Below, piece after piece: positions 26,166-39,368 of a DNA stretch of 64,000 nt (the stretch's first letter is position 1; the number at the start of each line of letters is the position of its first letter). Position numbers and translations under genes: made by a program. The notes below the pieces were generated by a model, which saw nothing but the letters and a program-made list of their open reading frames with translations, was not told the origin of the DNA and made no database searches. The stretch is taken from contig OZ024741.1 in NCBI GenBank assembly GCA_964016885.1, forward strand, positions 335,978,001 to 336,042,000, given 5' to 3'. Source of the stretch: Eledone cirrhosa (Eukaryota).

Positions 26166-27830
26166 TAATAATAATAATAATGAAATTATTGTGTACAGTG
26201 CTCAGGTGCACTACAACTCATCAAAGGTGCATGTATAGTACATAGAATAATGTACAAATGTCAGGAAAATGAACAGTGTATGAGTCATGATATAATAATA
26301 ATGAAATATTGTGTACAGTGCCCAGGTGCACCACAACTCATCAAAAAGTGCATGTACAGTACATAGGGCAATGCACAAACATCAGTAAAATGAACAGTGC
26401 ACGAGTTATGATACACACGTGTGCATGTGTATAGAAGGGGTACATCAGGTGTAGCCTTGGCGTATTTCGGGAAGCATGAGTGTCTTAAAGGATGCAGTGT
26501 CTCGGCAGTTTGTTCCATGCTTCAGCAACTCTGAGCGTGAAAAAATGTCTACGAAAGTCATGGGAGCTGTGCTGTTTTCTGATCTTGTAGGCATGTCCAT
26601 GTGTGTTAGACACATGGAGATCAAAAAGGTGCTCAGGGTTGCAATTGGCGAGATGGTTAATAACTTTGTGGGTATTCACCAAGTCCATTGCCAGACGTCG
26701 GAGCTTCAATGAATCCATGCCCAGGGAAGCAAGGCATTCAGAGTATGGTAGGTGTCTGATGGAGGGTATGCGCTTGGTTGCATGTCTCTGAACAGTTTCC
26801 AGGAGGTCAATGTTCTGAGCAAGATAGGGGTTCCAGACTGATGATGCGAATTCCAAGTGTGGTCGTACCATAGCTGTATACAGTTTTAAATAGATGGCTG
26901 GAGAGCAGCTAACAAAGGTCTTGCTGAGTGATGCCAAGATACCCTCGGCCTTCTTGACAATCTTAAAGACATGCTTTGTCCAACGCAAATCGCTGCTGAC
27001 AGTAATGCCCAGGTCACGTTCACAAGAGGACTTATTGATATCAGTGTTGTGGAGGGAGTATGTGGACGCTGGATTTTTCCTTCCAAAATGCATGGTGGTA
27101 CACTTGTCCACAGCCAGCTTCAGTTGCCAGTCTGTGATCCATTGCTGCATTGTGTCCAGGTCTGATTGTAGGAAAGAGTTGTAAATTTTAGGATCAGTCC
27201 TTTTGATTTCAAGGTACAGCTTGATGTCATCTGCATATTTCAGTACCGTGGCATTCTGTAAGTTGGCATCTATGTCATTAATATATGCCACAAACAAAAG
27301 GGGACCAAGAACAGATCCCTATGGTACACCAGATGACATCTCATATGATGAAGAATGCTGTCCTAGAACCGTGACTACTTCTTTTCGGCTGAGAATGAAG
27401 GATTTCAACCAGTCGAAAAGATCATCCCTCACACCCATTGCAGAGTTTTGCCATAAGTCTTTTGTGTGGCACAGAATTAAAAGCCTTAGCAAAGTCAAGG
27501 TAAACAGCATCCACTCATGAGCCGCTGTCAGTGATCCGGGTGATGTCTTCAAGGAACTCGATAAGCTGATCACAGCAGCTGGAGTTAGGGATAAATTCAA
27601 ACTGTGAGGGCCGGATGAGGCTGTGAGAGCTCCAGAAGTTCCAAAGTGTTTCTCTGACACAGGATTCCATCAGTTTGGCCATACAGCTAGTAAGACTGAC
27701 TGGACGATAGTTGACAGGTTACATGCGGTTGCCCTTTTTGAACAGGGGAATGACACTGGCAGTTTTCCACTGCTCCGGAGTAGCACCATTGTTGAGACAG
27801 TATTGAAAGAGTCAGGATCCTGACAGCTGA
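26166..27830 (-). mobile_element. CR1/L2-group LINE (longest copy in window) with a duplicated 3' end
   Basis: 270-aa RT ORF at 26485-27297 plus upstream frameshifted RT segments; the 3' tail appears twice (26166-26290 and 26295 onward). Confidence 0.92.
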
Positions 27831-28208
27831 GCTATTGCCGTTTCAACAACTAGTTACAGAATAGATAGAAAAGTTGTGTATATATATGTGTGTATATACA
27901 CATATATATAAGTGTTAAGATTTTTATGATAAACTTATATAACTTAGATATATGGTGAATATAATAGAAAAGTTTGACACTACTGCTTGCAGGAACCAAA
28001 CTACACACTATATATATACATATATATTTATTAAAATAACAGATTAAAGTTTAAGCAAAGAATCGCTGCTTTCACCCTTAACGGGATCTTCTGAAACTAA
28101 CAAAGTCAATATATATATATATATATATATACTTTGTTTTTTAATCTGTTTTGCAAGATTTCTTATCTGAAAACGTGTGTTGAAACAGATATTGTTATAT
28201 ATATGTAT

Positions 28209-28462
28209 GTCATCATCATCATCATCATCGTTTAACATCTATCTTCCATGCTAGCATGGGTTTAGATGGGTATTGTCCCACTTGAGGCAAGATTGATCGT
28301 CTCACTCGTATGGGAGTGTCTGTCAGGTTTTCTATGGCTGGATGCCCTTCCTAACACCAACCATGTTTACAGTGTGGACTGGGAGGTTTTCACCGTGGAC
28401 TGTGTGTTTATTTGTTGTCGTGACACCTACACAACCTCATTTATTTAGGACTGGATGTTGTG
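28209..28462 (-). mobile_element. RTE LINE 3' UTR fragment (family A)
   Basis: Reverse complement of about 3060-3297. Confidence 0.8.
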
Positions 28463-28699
28463 GTATATATATAAGATGGGCTACTGCATATTGTTTGTCA
28501 ACCAAATTTCACTTGCAATATATTGGTCAGCCTACATCCATAAGTTAACCCTCGGTGGGATTTAACCCAGATCTGGTTTATTTTACCAACCCCAGAAAAT
28601 TGAGGGGCAATTGTAACTTCAGCAGGATAAAAGACTGTAATTATATATTAGATATTGCAAGACATTGCGGCTGATTATTTAACAACTCTGCCAATCCAG

Positions 28700-29130
28700 G
28701 TAGTGGTGGTGGTGGTGATGATGATGATGAAAATAGCCACAATGATGATAATGATGATGGCTATGTTAACAAGGATGATTATAGCAATGATGAGGATAAA
28801 GATAATGATGTCAACCAATATGATGATGATGATGGTAACAATAATAATGATAATGGTAACACTGATGATAATGATGGTAACTGATGATAATAAAATGATG
28901 GTGATGATGATGATTGTAACAGTGTTGGTGATGATGATGATAACATTGATGATGATGATGATGATGATAACAGTGATGACGACGATGATGATAATAACTG
29001 GGATGATGATGAAGGTAACAGCGATGATGCTTCTACTGATGATGATCATAACGATGATGATGATGATAACAGTGATGATCATGATTATAGTAATAGTGAT
29101 GATGATGATAACAGTGATGTTGCTGATGAT
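28700..29130. repeat. (GAT)n degenerate microsatellite
   Basis: Produces the poly-M and poly-I ORFs. Confidence 0.95.
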
Positions 29131-29943
29131 AAAATACAAAGTGACTGAAATATTTGGAATCAATCTCAATCACTGAAATACATTTACTGTTGACAGAAAC
29201 TAAGTTAATGGTCTTAATATTTTATCATGTAAGGATTGACTCACAATTAACTCCAAATTTAAGTCATTATATTAATGGAATTTTGAGGAATTTGGTGTTT
29301 TTTTATTTTAAAAATTTGTATTTTTCGTTTAAAACGTTTGTTTATTTATTATTATTATTTTTTTTTTTACAAAAATACAATTGTTTGTATTTGGACTCGA
29401 ATAACTTTAGCTTCTGAAATAATGATTTTATCATATTCTTCATTTTTATACCGTATTACTCTCTCTCCATCACTGTCATCCATCATTTAATACTTATTTT
29501 TTCCATGCTGGCATGGGTTGGACACATTATTACAGACCAAGTCAGTATTTAATCTGATTCACTGACCACCTAGACATACGTTCCAGTTTTGTCATGGTTT
29601 CTACTGTTGTATGCCCTTCCTAATGCCAACCACTTTACAGGTTCATACTCAGAACATGCTCACTCATCTTTCAACAAATTGATTGGAAGGCAGCATTTCC
29701 CTCTACACGCTCATTAGGTAGAGTTTATTGTGGCAGCAGAAAGAGGGAGGTGTTTTTTTTATCTTTAACCCTTTAGCATTTAAACCGGCCTTATCCGGCC
29801 AGAATTCTCTCACCTCTTTCTGCTCAAACCGATCATACGTATGTGAAGGTATTGTTCTCAAAATAAATAATATCAAAATCTTATATATTCAATATTATGT
29901 GAGGTAAACCTTTACCATAAAAATACAATACTAAATAAAGAGT

Positions 29944-30835
29944 AATCATCATCATCATCATTTAATGTCGATCTTCCATGCTAGCATGGGTTTAGACGGG
30001 AATTGTCCCACTTGAGGCAAGATTGGTCATCTTACTCGTATAAAACTGTTTGGCAGGTTTTCTACGGCTGGATGCCCTTCCTAACACCAACCACATTTAC
30101 AGTGTGGAACTGGGAACTTTTTACCGTGTTACCTACATGACCACATTACAGCGTGGACTGTGTGTTTATTTGTTGTGACATCTACACGACCTCATTTATT
30201 TAGGACTGGATATTGTGGTACCAACATAACTTTACAGAGAAAGGGGTGGTGTTGATGGGGGTGGGGGGAGTTGGGGTAGTGGGAGGGTGGGGTGTATATT
30301 TGATTAAGAGGTGCCTACTGATTGTAGGTTTTGCTTTGTACTTAGGCAAGGCGGGTTTCCTGTATTACTGCGTAGTGCCAAAGATCTTGGTCCAGTGACA
30401 TTGTCTTAGAGAGGTGTGTGTAAAGTCGGAATTTATCAAATCGCCCCAGGTTTATCTGGGACTGCCTACTCTGTAGCTTCATTCAATTTTGATCACCCTG
30501 CACTTTTTTATACAGTTGTCGTCTTTCATGCGCATCATGTGACCATACCAACATAGTCTTCTCTCGAGTAAACAGCATCTGATCCCTCTTATACCTAATT
30601 TCTCACTTAGTTCATTTATGCTTTGCTGTTAACATATATTACTATTACACATCCAGCGGAGCATGCATGCTTTGTTCCTCTGCACACAATCCCCATGTCT
30701 CACTGCCATGTAACATAGCTGTTCATATGCAGGCATCATACAGTCTGCCTTTCATTTTTAGAGAGAAACCTTTAGCGCCCAATAGTGGTATAAGCTCTCT
30801 GAACTTTTTCCATCCCGTTTTGACTCTGGCTACTA
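29944..30835 (-). mobile_element. RTE LINE 3' part (family A)
   Basis: Reverse complement of about 2425-3297 (RVKTGWKKFRELIPLL...GRLYDAC), abutting an old SINE at about 30838-30970. Confidence 0.9.
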
Positions 30836-32519
30836 GCCTGGTACTTTTTTTATTGACTTCAAATGGATGAAAGGCAAAGTTGACTTTGGCGGGATTTGAA
30901 CTCAGAGAGTAGATGGCTGAAACAAATACCTCAAAGCATTCTATCTGACATTCTAACAACTCTGTCAATTTTCTGGTAAACTAGTTGCATTTTACCACTA
31001 GGGAGGTTGTCAGGTTGTTGGTTTGCCTGAAGAGCTCTCCCAATGCTATGATTCTTCTATTTGATTCTCTCTCTATTAGGATACACTACACCCATTACAC
31101 TCTGTAAAGTTGTTGCATCCAATTATCTGTTTTCTGTGCTAGCAAGGGTTGGATGGGTAATCATAGACCAAGTCAGTAGTTGATCAGTCATTGACTTCTC
31201 AGTTGTAGCCTGGAGTGGGTGGGGAGCCATATGTTTCTTACATACTTTCTGCACTCTACAGTATGCATCAAGTGTAGTTTATTATCAAGGTACCAGTACT
31301 ATAGAAATTGTCATCTGTCTGAGAGGCAGAGGGAAAAAATGAAAGGGAGGTGAGAAAGCGATATAGAGAATAATCCCTCTCCCCCAGTATTCAATTGGTA
31401 CTTTATTTATCAACTTTGAAAAAATTAAAGGTAAAGTTCACCTCGGCAAGATCTGAAACCTAGGAATATGTTATCCAATAGGTTTTTCTTTTTTCAAAAT
31501 GTACAAGTGCAATTTAAAAGAAATTTCACTGCCAATTTTAGCAGAATGGCAGGCTACAACAAGGTCCCTATATTGTATAGTTTTTGTAGTTGTTTAGCCC
31601 TGGGTCAGCAGTAATCAAGGTCCCTATATTGTATAGTTGTAGTTGTTTAACCCCCTATATAAGTTGTATAGTTGTTGTAGTTGTTTAGCCCCAGGTCAGC
31701 ACTAATCAAGGTCACTCCATATTAGTTGTATGGTCAGCCACAGGTCAGCTCTTTACCTGAAATTGCCATTTGAATATACAAATATACACCATGTGGATTA
31801 TCTTAGCAATGTAGTTAATTGAATAATAAATATTTATGAAGAACTTCATATAAGATAAATTTAGTAAAAATATACTGGATATACTTGAATATAAGCTGAG
31901 AAATATTTGACCAAAAAATCGATGGCAAAATGGGAGGATGTGGGCTCAGCTTATAAACACTGTCTTGATTAGCTGCCTCAGCTTATAAATAGGGTTTGGA
32001 TTTTTTTCCTATTTCTCAGACATAAAATAGGGTCGGGGTGTCAGCTTATATTTGGATCAGCTTATATTTAAGTATGTACGGGAACTGTACTTTTTTAATT
32101 AGAAATATCCCTGTAAAAGCAAGGAAGTGCAAATACATTTTCTACACTTTTTTTTTTATTGTTTGACCTTACATTCTCTACTTCGTTTGTCCATTGAAGG
32201 TTTCTTTTAATTAGAATTGGATTGCATTAATTATAAACAAACTCTACTCACCACACAAATATCAAGCTCCAATGAGAAAGTACTATCCCTGGAGTTGTAA
32301 TTCTTTTTTTAAAAAGGTGATGTAGTTGGAATACATTAAAAACGATGTATGAGGGTTAGCTGAAATGAAAAGTTTATAGGCTGAACAAGATACTCTCATG
32401 GAATGTGACCACATGAGGTTCATTTTTCCACATAGTCAACCTTAGTGGTAATACTTTAAAAGTGATATAGTTGGAATTCTTTAAAAGCAAAATGAATAAA
32501 TATTAAAGACAACAACAAT

Positions 32520-32860
32520 AAAAAGACAGGGAAATCCAAGCCAATTGGCTAGATATTATCATTAAAAATGTTGTTGAAAAAAAACTTGTTTTCTTATAGA
32601 TGTTACAGCCCCAGCTGACAGAAACACCACTCTAAAAATATTTGAGAAACTCATTAAATATGAGGACCTTGAAATACAAATTAGTAGAATGTAGCATCTC
32701 AAAACAATACATTGCCTTTAGTCATTGGGGCACTAAGAATGATAGCCAAGGGGGCAAACAATTAAATAGCATAAATTCCTGGCTGCCCTAAAATCTGTGA
32801 GTTGTAAAAAAGACCTTCTCATGGGTACTTACAACATTTTACACAAGTTTTTCTCCATGT
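32520..32860 (+). pseudogene. Restriction-like endonuclease C-terminus of an R4/Dong-type (R2-group) non-LTR retrotransposon
   Basis: With frameshifts, reads KTDREIQANWLDIIIK...TCFLIDVTAPADRNTTLKIFEKLIKYEDLEIQISRM...VIGAL, matching the (R)PD..D..K..KY REL signature. Confidence 0.75.
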
Positions 32861-33042
32861 ATGTGCAAAAATTATACATACATACTGATATATATATATA
32901 TACAAATATGCACACGCACAGGTTGTAAACTGAATCTTCTGGATTATTTTAACAAGCTTAGTACTACAGGGTATATTGGCATATATTAGTATATCACCTA
33001 ACACTGATGAGCTAGCTGTCTCTTAAGGTTTCTGGTTGAAAC

Positions 33043-33924
33043 TTGGGTGCAGTATGTCCAACGACAAAGGCAAAGTCAAAACACAATAGTAATAATAATA
33101 ATTATATATATAATAATAGAAAATCACCTGAAAATAAATCACGTTGTAGAAAGTATATCTGGTACAATCCTATTTTTAATGCCTCGATTAGTACAAAACT
33201 ATCTCTTTCATTCTTTAAGTTAATCAACAAACATTTCCCTAGTTCCCATAAATACAGCAAAATTCTGAACTCTAAAACTATTAGACTATCATACTCCACG
33301 GCACCAAACCTTGAAGCATACATAAAAAAACTTAACTTAAGGCAATTAAACAACTCTACAAAACAAAACATTTTAGTAACAGATGGGCAGAACGTAATAT
33401 CTGCCTCCCAACCACTAAATGGGAGACGGGTATTACACAATCCACCTGTACCGCTATCACAACCTATCCATGGTATACCCGCTACCCACAACAAAGAATG
33501 TAACTGCCATCTACCTGAAAGATGTCCATTGAAGAATGAATGCCTAAAGTCCAACATTGTTTACCAATGCACGGTTGAATCAAACGACCAGAAATGGTAT
33601 TATATCGGATCTACCACCACCTCGTTTAAATCTCGCTGGTACCGTCATCGATTCTCAATCAAACATCCTAATCACCGTTTTGTGACCACGCTCGCCAACA
33701 AGACCTGGCAACTCCGTGAACGCAACCAACAGTTCACCTTAAAATGGGATATACTTTCCAGCACAAGTGCATATCGGAGTGGATTGAAGTACTGCAGGTT
33801 ATGTAACCTTGAACTCTTTTACATATTAAAATTCAAAAGCAAACTACTTAAAGATAGAATTGAACGATCATTATACTGCAACCACAAACTAAAAGCTAAA
33901 TTATCTCACTATAAAATAACTTAA
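33043..33924 (+). CDS. Penelope-like element: RT C-terminal linker plus GIY-YIG endonuclease (5'-truncated)
   Basis: Uninterrupted ORF with IWYNPIFN, KHFP, IRLSYS, CNC..CPL..C, NIVY...YYIGST..FKSRW..H, LANKTW, KWDIL, CRLCNLE. Confidence 0.88.
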   Translation: MGAVCPTTKAKSKHNSNNNNYIYNNRKSPENKSRCRKYIWYNPIFNASISTKLSLSFFKLINKHFPSSHKYSKILNSKTIRLSYSTAPNLEAYIKKLNLRQLNNSTKQNILVTDGQNVISASQPLNGRRVLHNPPVPLSQPIHGIPATHNKECNCHLPERCPLKNECLKSNIVYQCTVESNDQKWYYIGSTTTSFKSRWYRHRFSIKHPNHRFVTTLANKTWQLRERNQQFTLKWDILSSTSAYRSGLKYCRLCNLELFYILKFKSKLLKDRIERSLYCNHKLKAKLSHYKIT

Positions 33925-34373
33925 CATTCGAACCCGTAACTATAACATCGCTTTCTAGCTAACTACCTTCTCTTCCCCCACACTACAAGACAATAGTGCT
34001 TATCACTATAAATGGTAACCCAGTGCAATTCATAGATTACTACTACAAACCCAAAGTTCACTCACCACATAAACTTCGTCTGTCCCCTCTCTACATCCAT
34101 TACACTCTCTCTCTCGCCTTTGGCCTACCTCCCTCTCCACATCTATGAACCTGCCCTCTGAGGCAATAAATAATTCCGACCTTAACTATCAACGCATCTC
34201 TCCAAAAGTAACCAGTATAATAAAACCCCTACCATAACATATCTACAAACCACTCTCTCCTACTTCTCCAACCCCTGCATATCTTTCTCTCTCTCTCCCT
34301 CTCCCCTACTTTTCTACTCTATCTTCCCCAACAACCCCACTTAACAGTATTTACATTGTACATTTTACCATTC

Positions 34374-34485
34374 TGCTCTGAGGATACAGTGGTCACAGCA
34401 TTGGATATTTGAGTTCTGCAAATACTTGTAAATTTGCACATAGCATAACTAGGCTGTAGTACCACCGTGGAAACATTTGTAAGCA
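34374..34485 (+). ncRNA. Minimal type I hammerhead ribozyme motif in the Penelope 3' region
   Basis: Stem I TGCT/AGCA; CTGAGGA at 34378-34384; stem II TACAGTGGT/ACCACCGTG around a long loop; GAAA at 34470-34473; near-palindromic stem III ACATTTGT; GTA cleavage triplet; AATAAA at 34491. Confidence 0.7.
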
Positions 34486-34676
34486 CACGGAATAAATTAC
34501 CTTTTTTGATGTCTACCTGTTATTATTCATTCTTTATATACACTCCGGAATACAGAAGGATCAGGAACTAAGTTTCTTCAACAATTCTTCCATAACTCGT
34601 AGAGTAACCTCTCACCGTACGTCAACCATATCCAGTGTAGTAATTAACCAGTACTTCATCTTGGGTAATCCTATAC

Positions 34677-34798
<122 letters not shown>

Positions 34799-34894
34799 AT
34801 GAAGAAAATGTCAATAAAAATAGAGGATTTTTGAAGTAGGATGTTCTTCACTCATTAAATTAATATTTTAGCAATGACTAGAGGGCAAAAAGTA

Positions 34895-36020
34895 TTGTAG
34901 TGAAGTAGTGAGGTGTAGTGGTGTAGTGGAGTAGTGAGGTGTAGTGGTGTAATGAAATGTAGTGAGGTGTAGTGGTGTAGTGAAGTAGAGTGGTGTAGTG
35001 AGGTGTAGTGGAGTAGTGAGGTGTAGTGAAGTAGTGAGATGTGGAGTAGTGAGGTGTAGTGGAGTAGTGTGGTGTAGTGGTGTAGTGAAGTAGTGAGGTG
35101 TAGTGTGGTGTAGTGGAGTAGTGAGGTGTAGTGGAGTAGTGAGGTGTAGTGGTGTAGTGAGGTGTAGTGGTGTAGTGAAGTAGTGGTGTAGTGAAGTAGA
35201 GTGGTGTAGTGGAGTAGTGAGGTGTAGAGGTGTAGTAGTTTAGTGAGGTGTAGTGGAGTAGTGAGGTGTAGTGGTGTAGTGAGGTGTAGTGGTGTAGTGA
35301 AGTAGTGTGACATAGTGGTGTAGTGAGGTGTAGTGGAGTAGTGGTGTAGTGGTGTAGTGAGGTCTAGTGGAGTAGTGGTGTAGTGAAGTAGAGTGGTGTA
35401 GTGGAGTAGTGAGGTGTAGTGGAGTAGTGAGGTGTAGTGGTGTAGTGGAGTAGCGAGGTGTAGTGGTGTAGTGAAGTAGTGTGACAGAGTGGTGTAGTGA
35501 GGTGTACTGGAGTAGTGGTGTAGTGAGGTGTAGTGGTGTAGTGAAGTAGTGTGACAGAGTGGTGTAGTGAAGTAGTGAGGTGTAGTGGAGTAGTGAGGTG
35601 TAGTGGTGTAGTGTAGTGAGGTGTAGTGAAGTAGTGTGACATAGTGGAGTAGTGAGGTGTAGTGAAGTAGTGTGACATAGTGGAGTAGTGAGGTGTAGTG
35701 AAGTAGTGTGACATAGTGGAGTAGTGAGGTGTAGTGAAGTAGTGTGACATAGTGGAGTAGTGAGGTGTAGTGAAGTAGTGTGACATAGTGGAGTAGTGAA
35801 GTAGTGTGACATAGTGGAGTAGTGAGGTGTAGTGAAGTAGTGTGACATAGTGGAGTAGTGAGGTGTAGTGAAGTAGTGTGACAGTGGAGTAGTGAGGTGT
35901 AGTGAAGTAGTGTGACATAGTGGAGTAGTGAGGTGTAGTGAAGTAGTGTGACATAGTGGAGTAGTGAGGTGTAGTGAAGTAGTGTGACATAGTGGAGTAG
36001 TGAGGTGTAGTGGTATAGTG
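34895..36020. repeat. (TAGTG)-based satellite with a 36-bp higher-order unit in its right half
   Basis: AGTGAGGTGTAGTGAAGTAGTGTGACATAGTGGAGT repeated at about 35615-36000. Confidence 0.95.
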
Positions 36021-36739
36021 AAATGAAAGTTTAAAAAAAATAACAAAATGAAAAAGAAAATACAAGAAAACTGAACACTTTGTTTCCAGCTTCATTGCAC
36101 AGACATTTGCAATTTCTGTTTCTTCAAGTAGTCTGTGATCAATTTGTGATCAATTGTGCTCAATTCTAAATTAGAAACAAGAGAGAGGAAAAAAAGTATT
36201 AAACACACAAAAAAAAAATCTAAAGAAAAAACAACAAATCTGATCAAATATTTGTTAAGCAGAACATTTTTTTTTCCCATTTCTTTCTTTTTTCTCTCCT
36301 ATTATTAATCCTTGTACTGTCCCCTATACCTTGAGTCCCATGGGCCAATGAGGAGATCATCATCATCAGGATAGAGAAGGAAGTGCTTTCCAAGCAGTTT
36401 GTTGAAAGGTGGGTGAGAGTGGCAAGCATGGCCAGAGTGAATGGTCCAGCCTTGAGTATAAGTCTCTAAATTGGAGGAGGACAACTGGGATGGGCCACAT
36501 GCACAAGCGATCAGGGTGACCATGTCTTTTGGCAGGATTTCTCTTTGAGTGATTTTCAGGAGTTGAGTTTGAGGAGTTTATTTTTGTTTGTTTGATTTTA
36601 AAATATTTATTTTATTAGTTTTTAATATAACATTTTTTTACACACAAAAACCCACACTGTATCGTACTGTGCTGTCTCTGTTGTTTGCTTAATATCAGCT
36701 CTGTCTAGCTAATAAAAAAGCCATTATTATTATCATTAT

Positions 36740-37230
36740 AGGCGGTAGATTGGTAGTATCGGTATAGCGTCAGACACCATGCTTTGCAACATAGAGTTAT
36801 AGCCCTTTATGTTCTGAGCTCAAATCCCGCCGAGGTTAGCTTTGCCTATCAACCTTATAAGGCCAATAAAATAAAGCACCAGTGATTAACTGGGGTCGAT
36901 TTAATTGACTTTCCTCTTCCACAAATTGCTGGACTTGTGCCTATAGTAGAAATCATTAATGGGTGTGATGTCCTCTTTCCTTTACTTAATGTAAACCCAA
37001 CTCTGCATTGATTTTGTCTTGGGACCTTCTGACCAATAAAATAAATTATCATCATCATTATTATTAATTATGTCCCTTTATGGTCTGAGTTCAAATGCTG
37101 CTGAGGTTAACTTTGCCTTTCATCCTTACGGGGTCAATAAAATAAAGTACCAGTAATGCACTGAGTTCGATATAATTGACTTTTCACTCTCCCCAAAATT
37201 GCTGGCCTTGTGCCTATAGTAGAAACAAAT
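36740..37230 (+). mobile_element. Two Nin-type SINE copies
   Basis: About 36740-36955 and 37070-37230 match the SINE consensus. Confidence 0.8.
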
Positions 37231-37614
37231 ATTATCATTATTATTATTTACAAATCAGCTTAACCCCCCCCCCCCCTCCCCCATTCTGTTATAGGAGAAT
37301 AATTTAAATTTATTATTATTTTTTATTTATCTATTATACCCCCCCCCCCCTACACACACACACACATCCTTTGCATTCACCTAGCATGTCATGCATGTTT
37401 TACGGCAATAACTTGTTTGAATAAATTAAGGAACGAATGTGAAAGGTTTTGAAATAATGACTACGTTAATCAATATTTAATTTATCTCACACAACCATTT
37501 AATGATTTTGAGTTAATCGCTTCACTTGATCAGCCAAAATATTCATCACATAAACACTGTGAAAACCCTATTGACTTTTACAGAATAAACAATATAGCAG
37601 GTATGACATCACTG

Positions 37615-38336
37615 TTAGTTTGGATGGTTGGCTGGTTAGCTATGTAGCTGGTTGGTTGGATGGTTAGCTATGTAGCTTGTTGGTTGGCTGGTTAGGTAAG
37701 TAGCAGGTTGGATGGTTAGCTATGTAGCTTGTTGGCTGGATAGTTAGCTATGTAGCTTGTTGGTTGGATGGTTAGCTATGTAGCTGGATGGCTGGTTGGT
37801 TAGCTATGTAGCTGGATGGTTGGATGGTTAGCTATGTAGTTTGTTGGCTGTTTAGCTATGTAGCTTGTTGGTTAGATGGTTAGCTATGTAGTTGGTTGGA
37901 TAATTAGCTATGTAGCTGGATGGTTAGATGATTAGCTATGTAGCTGGTTGGTTGGTCATTGGTTGATTGCATGTTACGGATGGTGGGCTGGTTTGTAGGT
38001 GAGTTAGCTGGCTGGATGGTTAGCTATATAGCTGGATGTATGAATGGTTAGTGGGCTGGTTTGTAGGTGAGTTAGCTAGCTGGTTAGCTTTGTAGCTGGA
38101 TGGCTGGCCAGTTGGTAGGTCAGTTGGTTGGTTAGCTATGTAGATGGCTAACTATATAGCTGGCTGGCTGGTGGATTAGATGGTCGGTTTGGTAGGTAGG
38201 TTGGATGTCTGGCTGGTTAGCTTTGTAGCTGGCTAGATGGCTAGCTGATGAGCTATATAGCTGAGTGGTTGGATGGTTGATTGTATGGATGGTTGGTTTT
38301 TATGTGTGAATGTTTGATTGGTTGGTTGGTTGGTTT
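37615..38336. repeat. Degenerate tetranucleotide-derived repeat (GTTAGCTATGTAGCTGGTTGGATG)
   Basis: Recurrent TTAGCTATGTAG core separated by (GGTT/GGAT/GGCT)n. Confidence 0.85.
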
Positions 38337-38577
38337 AACCTGCCACTATCTGCGGCATAAGTCAATGTGAAAGAATCTACTTCTGGGAATCAAAACAATC
38401 TTCTTGTGAGCTTTCCCTTCTCCACACAGTGCTGCTCTCCAAATAATATCTAAAGTATACAGAAATATAAATGTTTGCTCTCTAACATTGTGGCTAGAGG
38501 ACTTAGGAGAATTCTTTATGGAGTTTTAGGTTGTTATAAAGTATCTGGTTATACAGAAACTATTGCAAAATAGAGTA

Positions 38578-38835
38578 CACCACCACCAACAACAGCAGCA
38601 GCACCACCAACAGCGGCAACACACCATCAACAGTAGCAGCACCACCACAACTAAAACTAACAGCAGCAGCACAATCACCACCACCAACTGCCACTACAGC
38701 CAATAGTAGTAGTAGCACCACCACCAACACCACCACTATCAATACCACCACACCACCATCTCACTGCCACCATCACTATCACCATGCTACCACCGTATCA
38801 CCACCACCACACTACCATCACCACCACACCACCAT
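38578..38835. repeat. (CAC/CAG)n microsatellite
   Basis: Seen directly. Confidence 0.9.
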
Positions 38836-39368
38836 CTTATATAAGAATTAAAAGACCAGCATTGATCCTTAGGGAAAAATTTAATGGGTAGAAATGTAGA
38901 GAAGAGAGATTTGATTGTGAAACAAGAAAATGCTTTTTCTGAAGTTAGAATCAAATAGAACTGAAGCTCAATTATAGTTAACTGTGTTAGAATAAATATT
39001 TGATGTGGAGCATAAAAGTTGTTGAGAGCTAAAGTTAGAATAAAATCAGCCTTGAAAGATACGAAAGAAACAATGACTAATTGAAGGGTCTAAGCATTCT
39101 ATTTATTTTTTTCATGTGTTTCTGAGATTTTTCAATTTGGAGTTTGGTAGAGGCATGTCTAGAGATTCAAATTAAATTGGTGAATGATTCCACATTGACG
39201 TTAGAGACAGGTGCCTGGTACTCATCAGGGCCTGACTTTCACCTGCTGAGGACTTAAGCTGTATGAAATTTGAGGCTCTTCTCTAGAAAATTTCAAGTAA
39301 AAAAATGTTAAAGAATTTTACATGATTGTTATTTTTTTATAATAATGTTAATAATAAATAATATATAT

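Noticed and set aside
28655-29176. Long poly-Met/Ile ORFs, and similar ORFs at 12529-13194, 16302-17625, 34855-36095, 51099-52601, 53140-53660 and 63138-63414
   Set aside because: Translations of microsatellites and low-complexity tracts.
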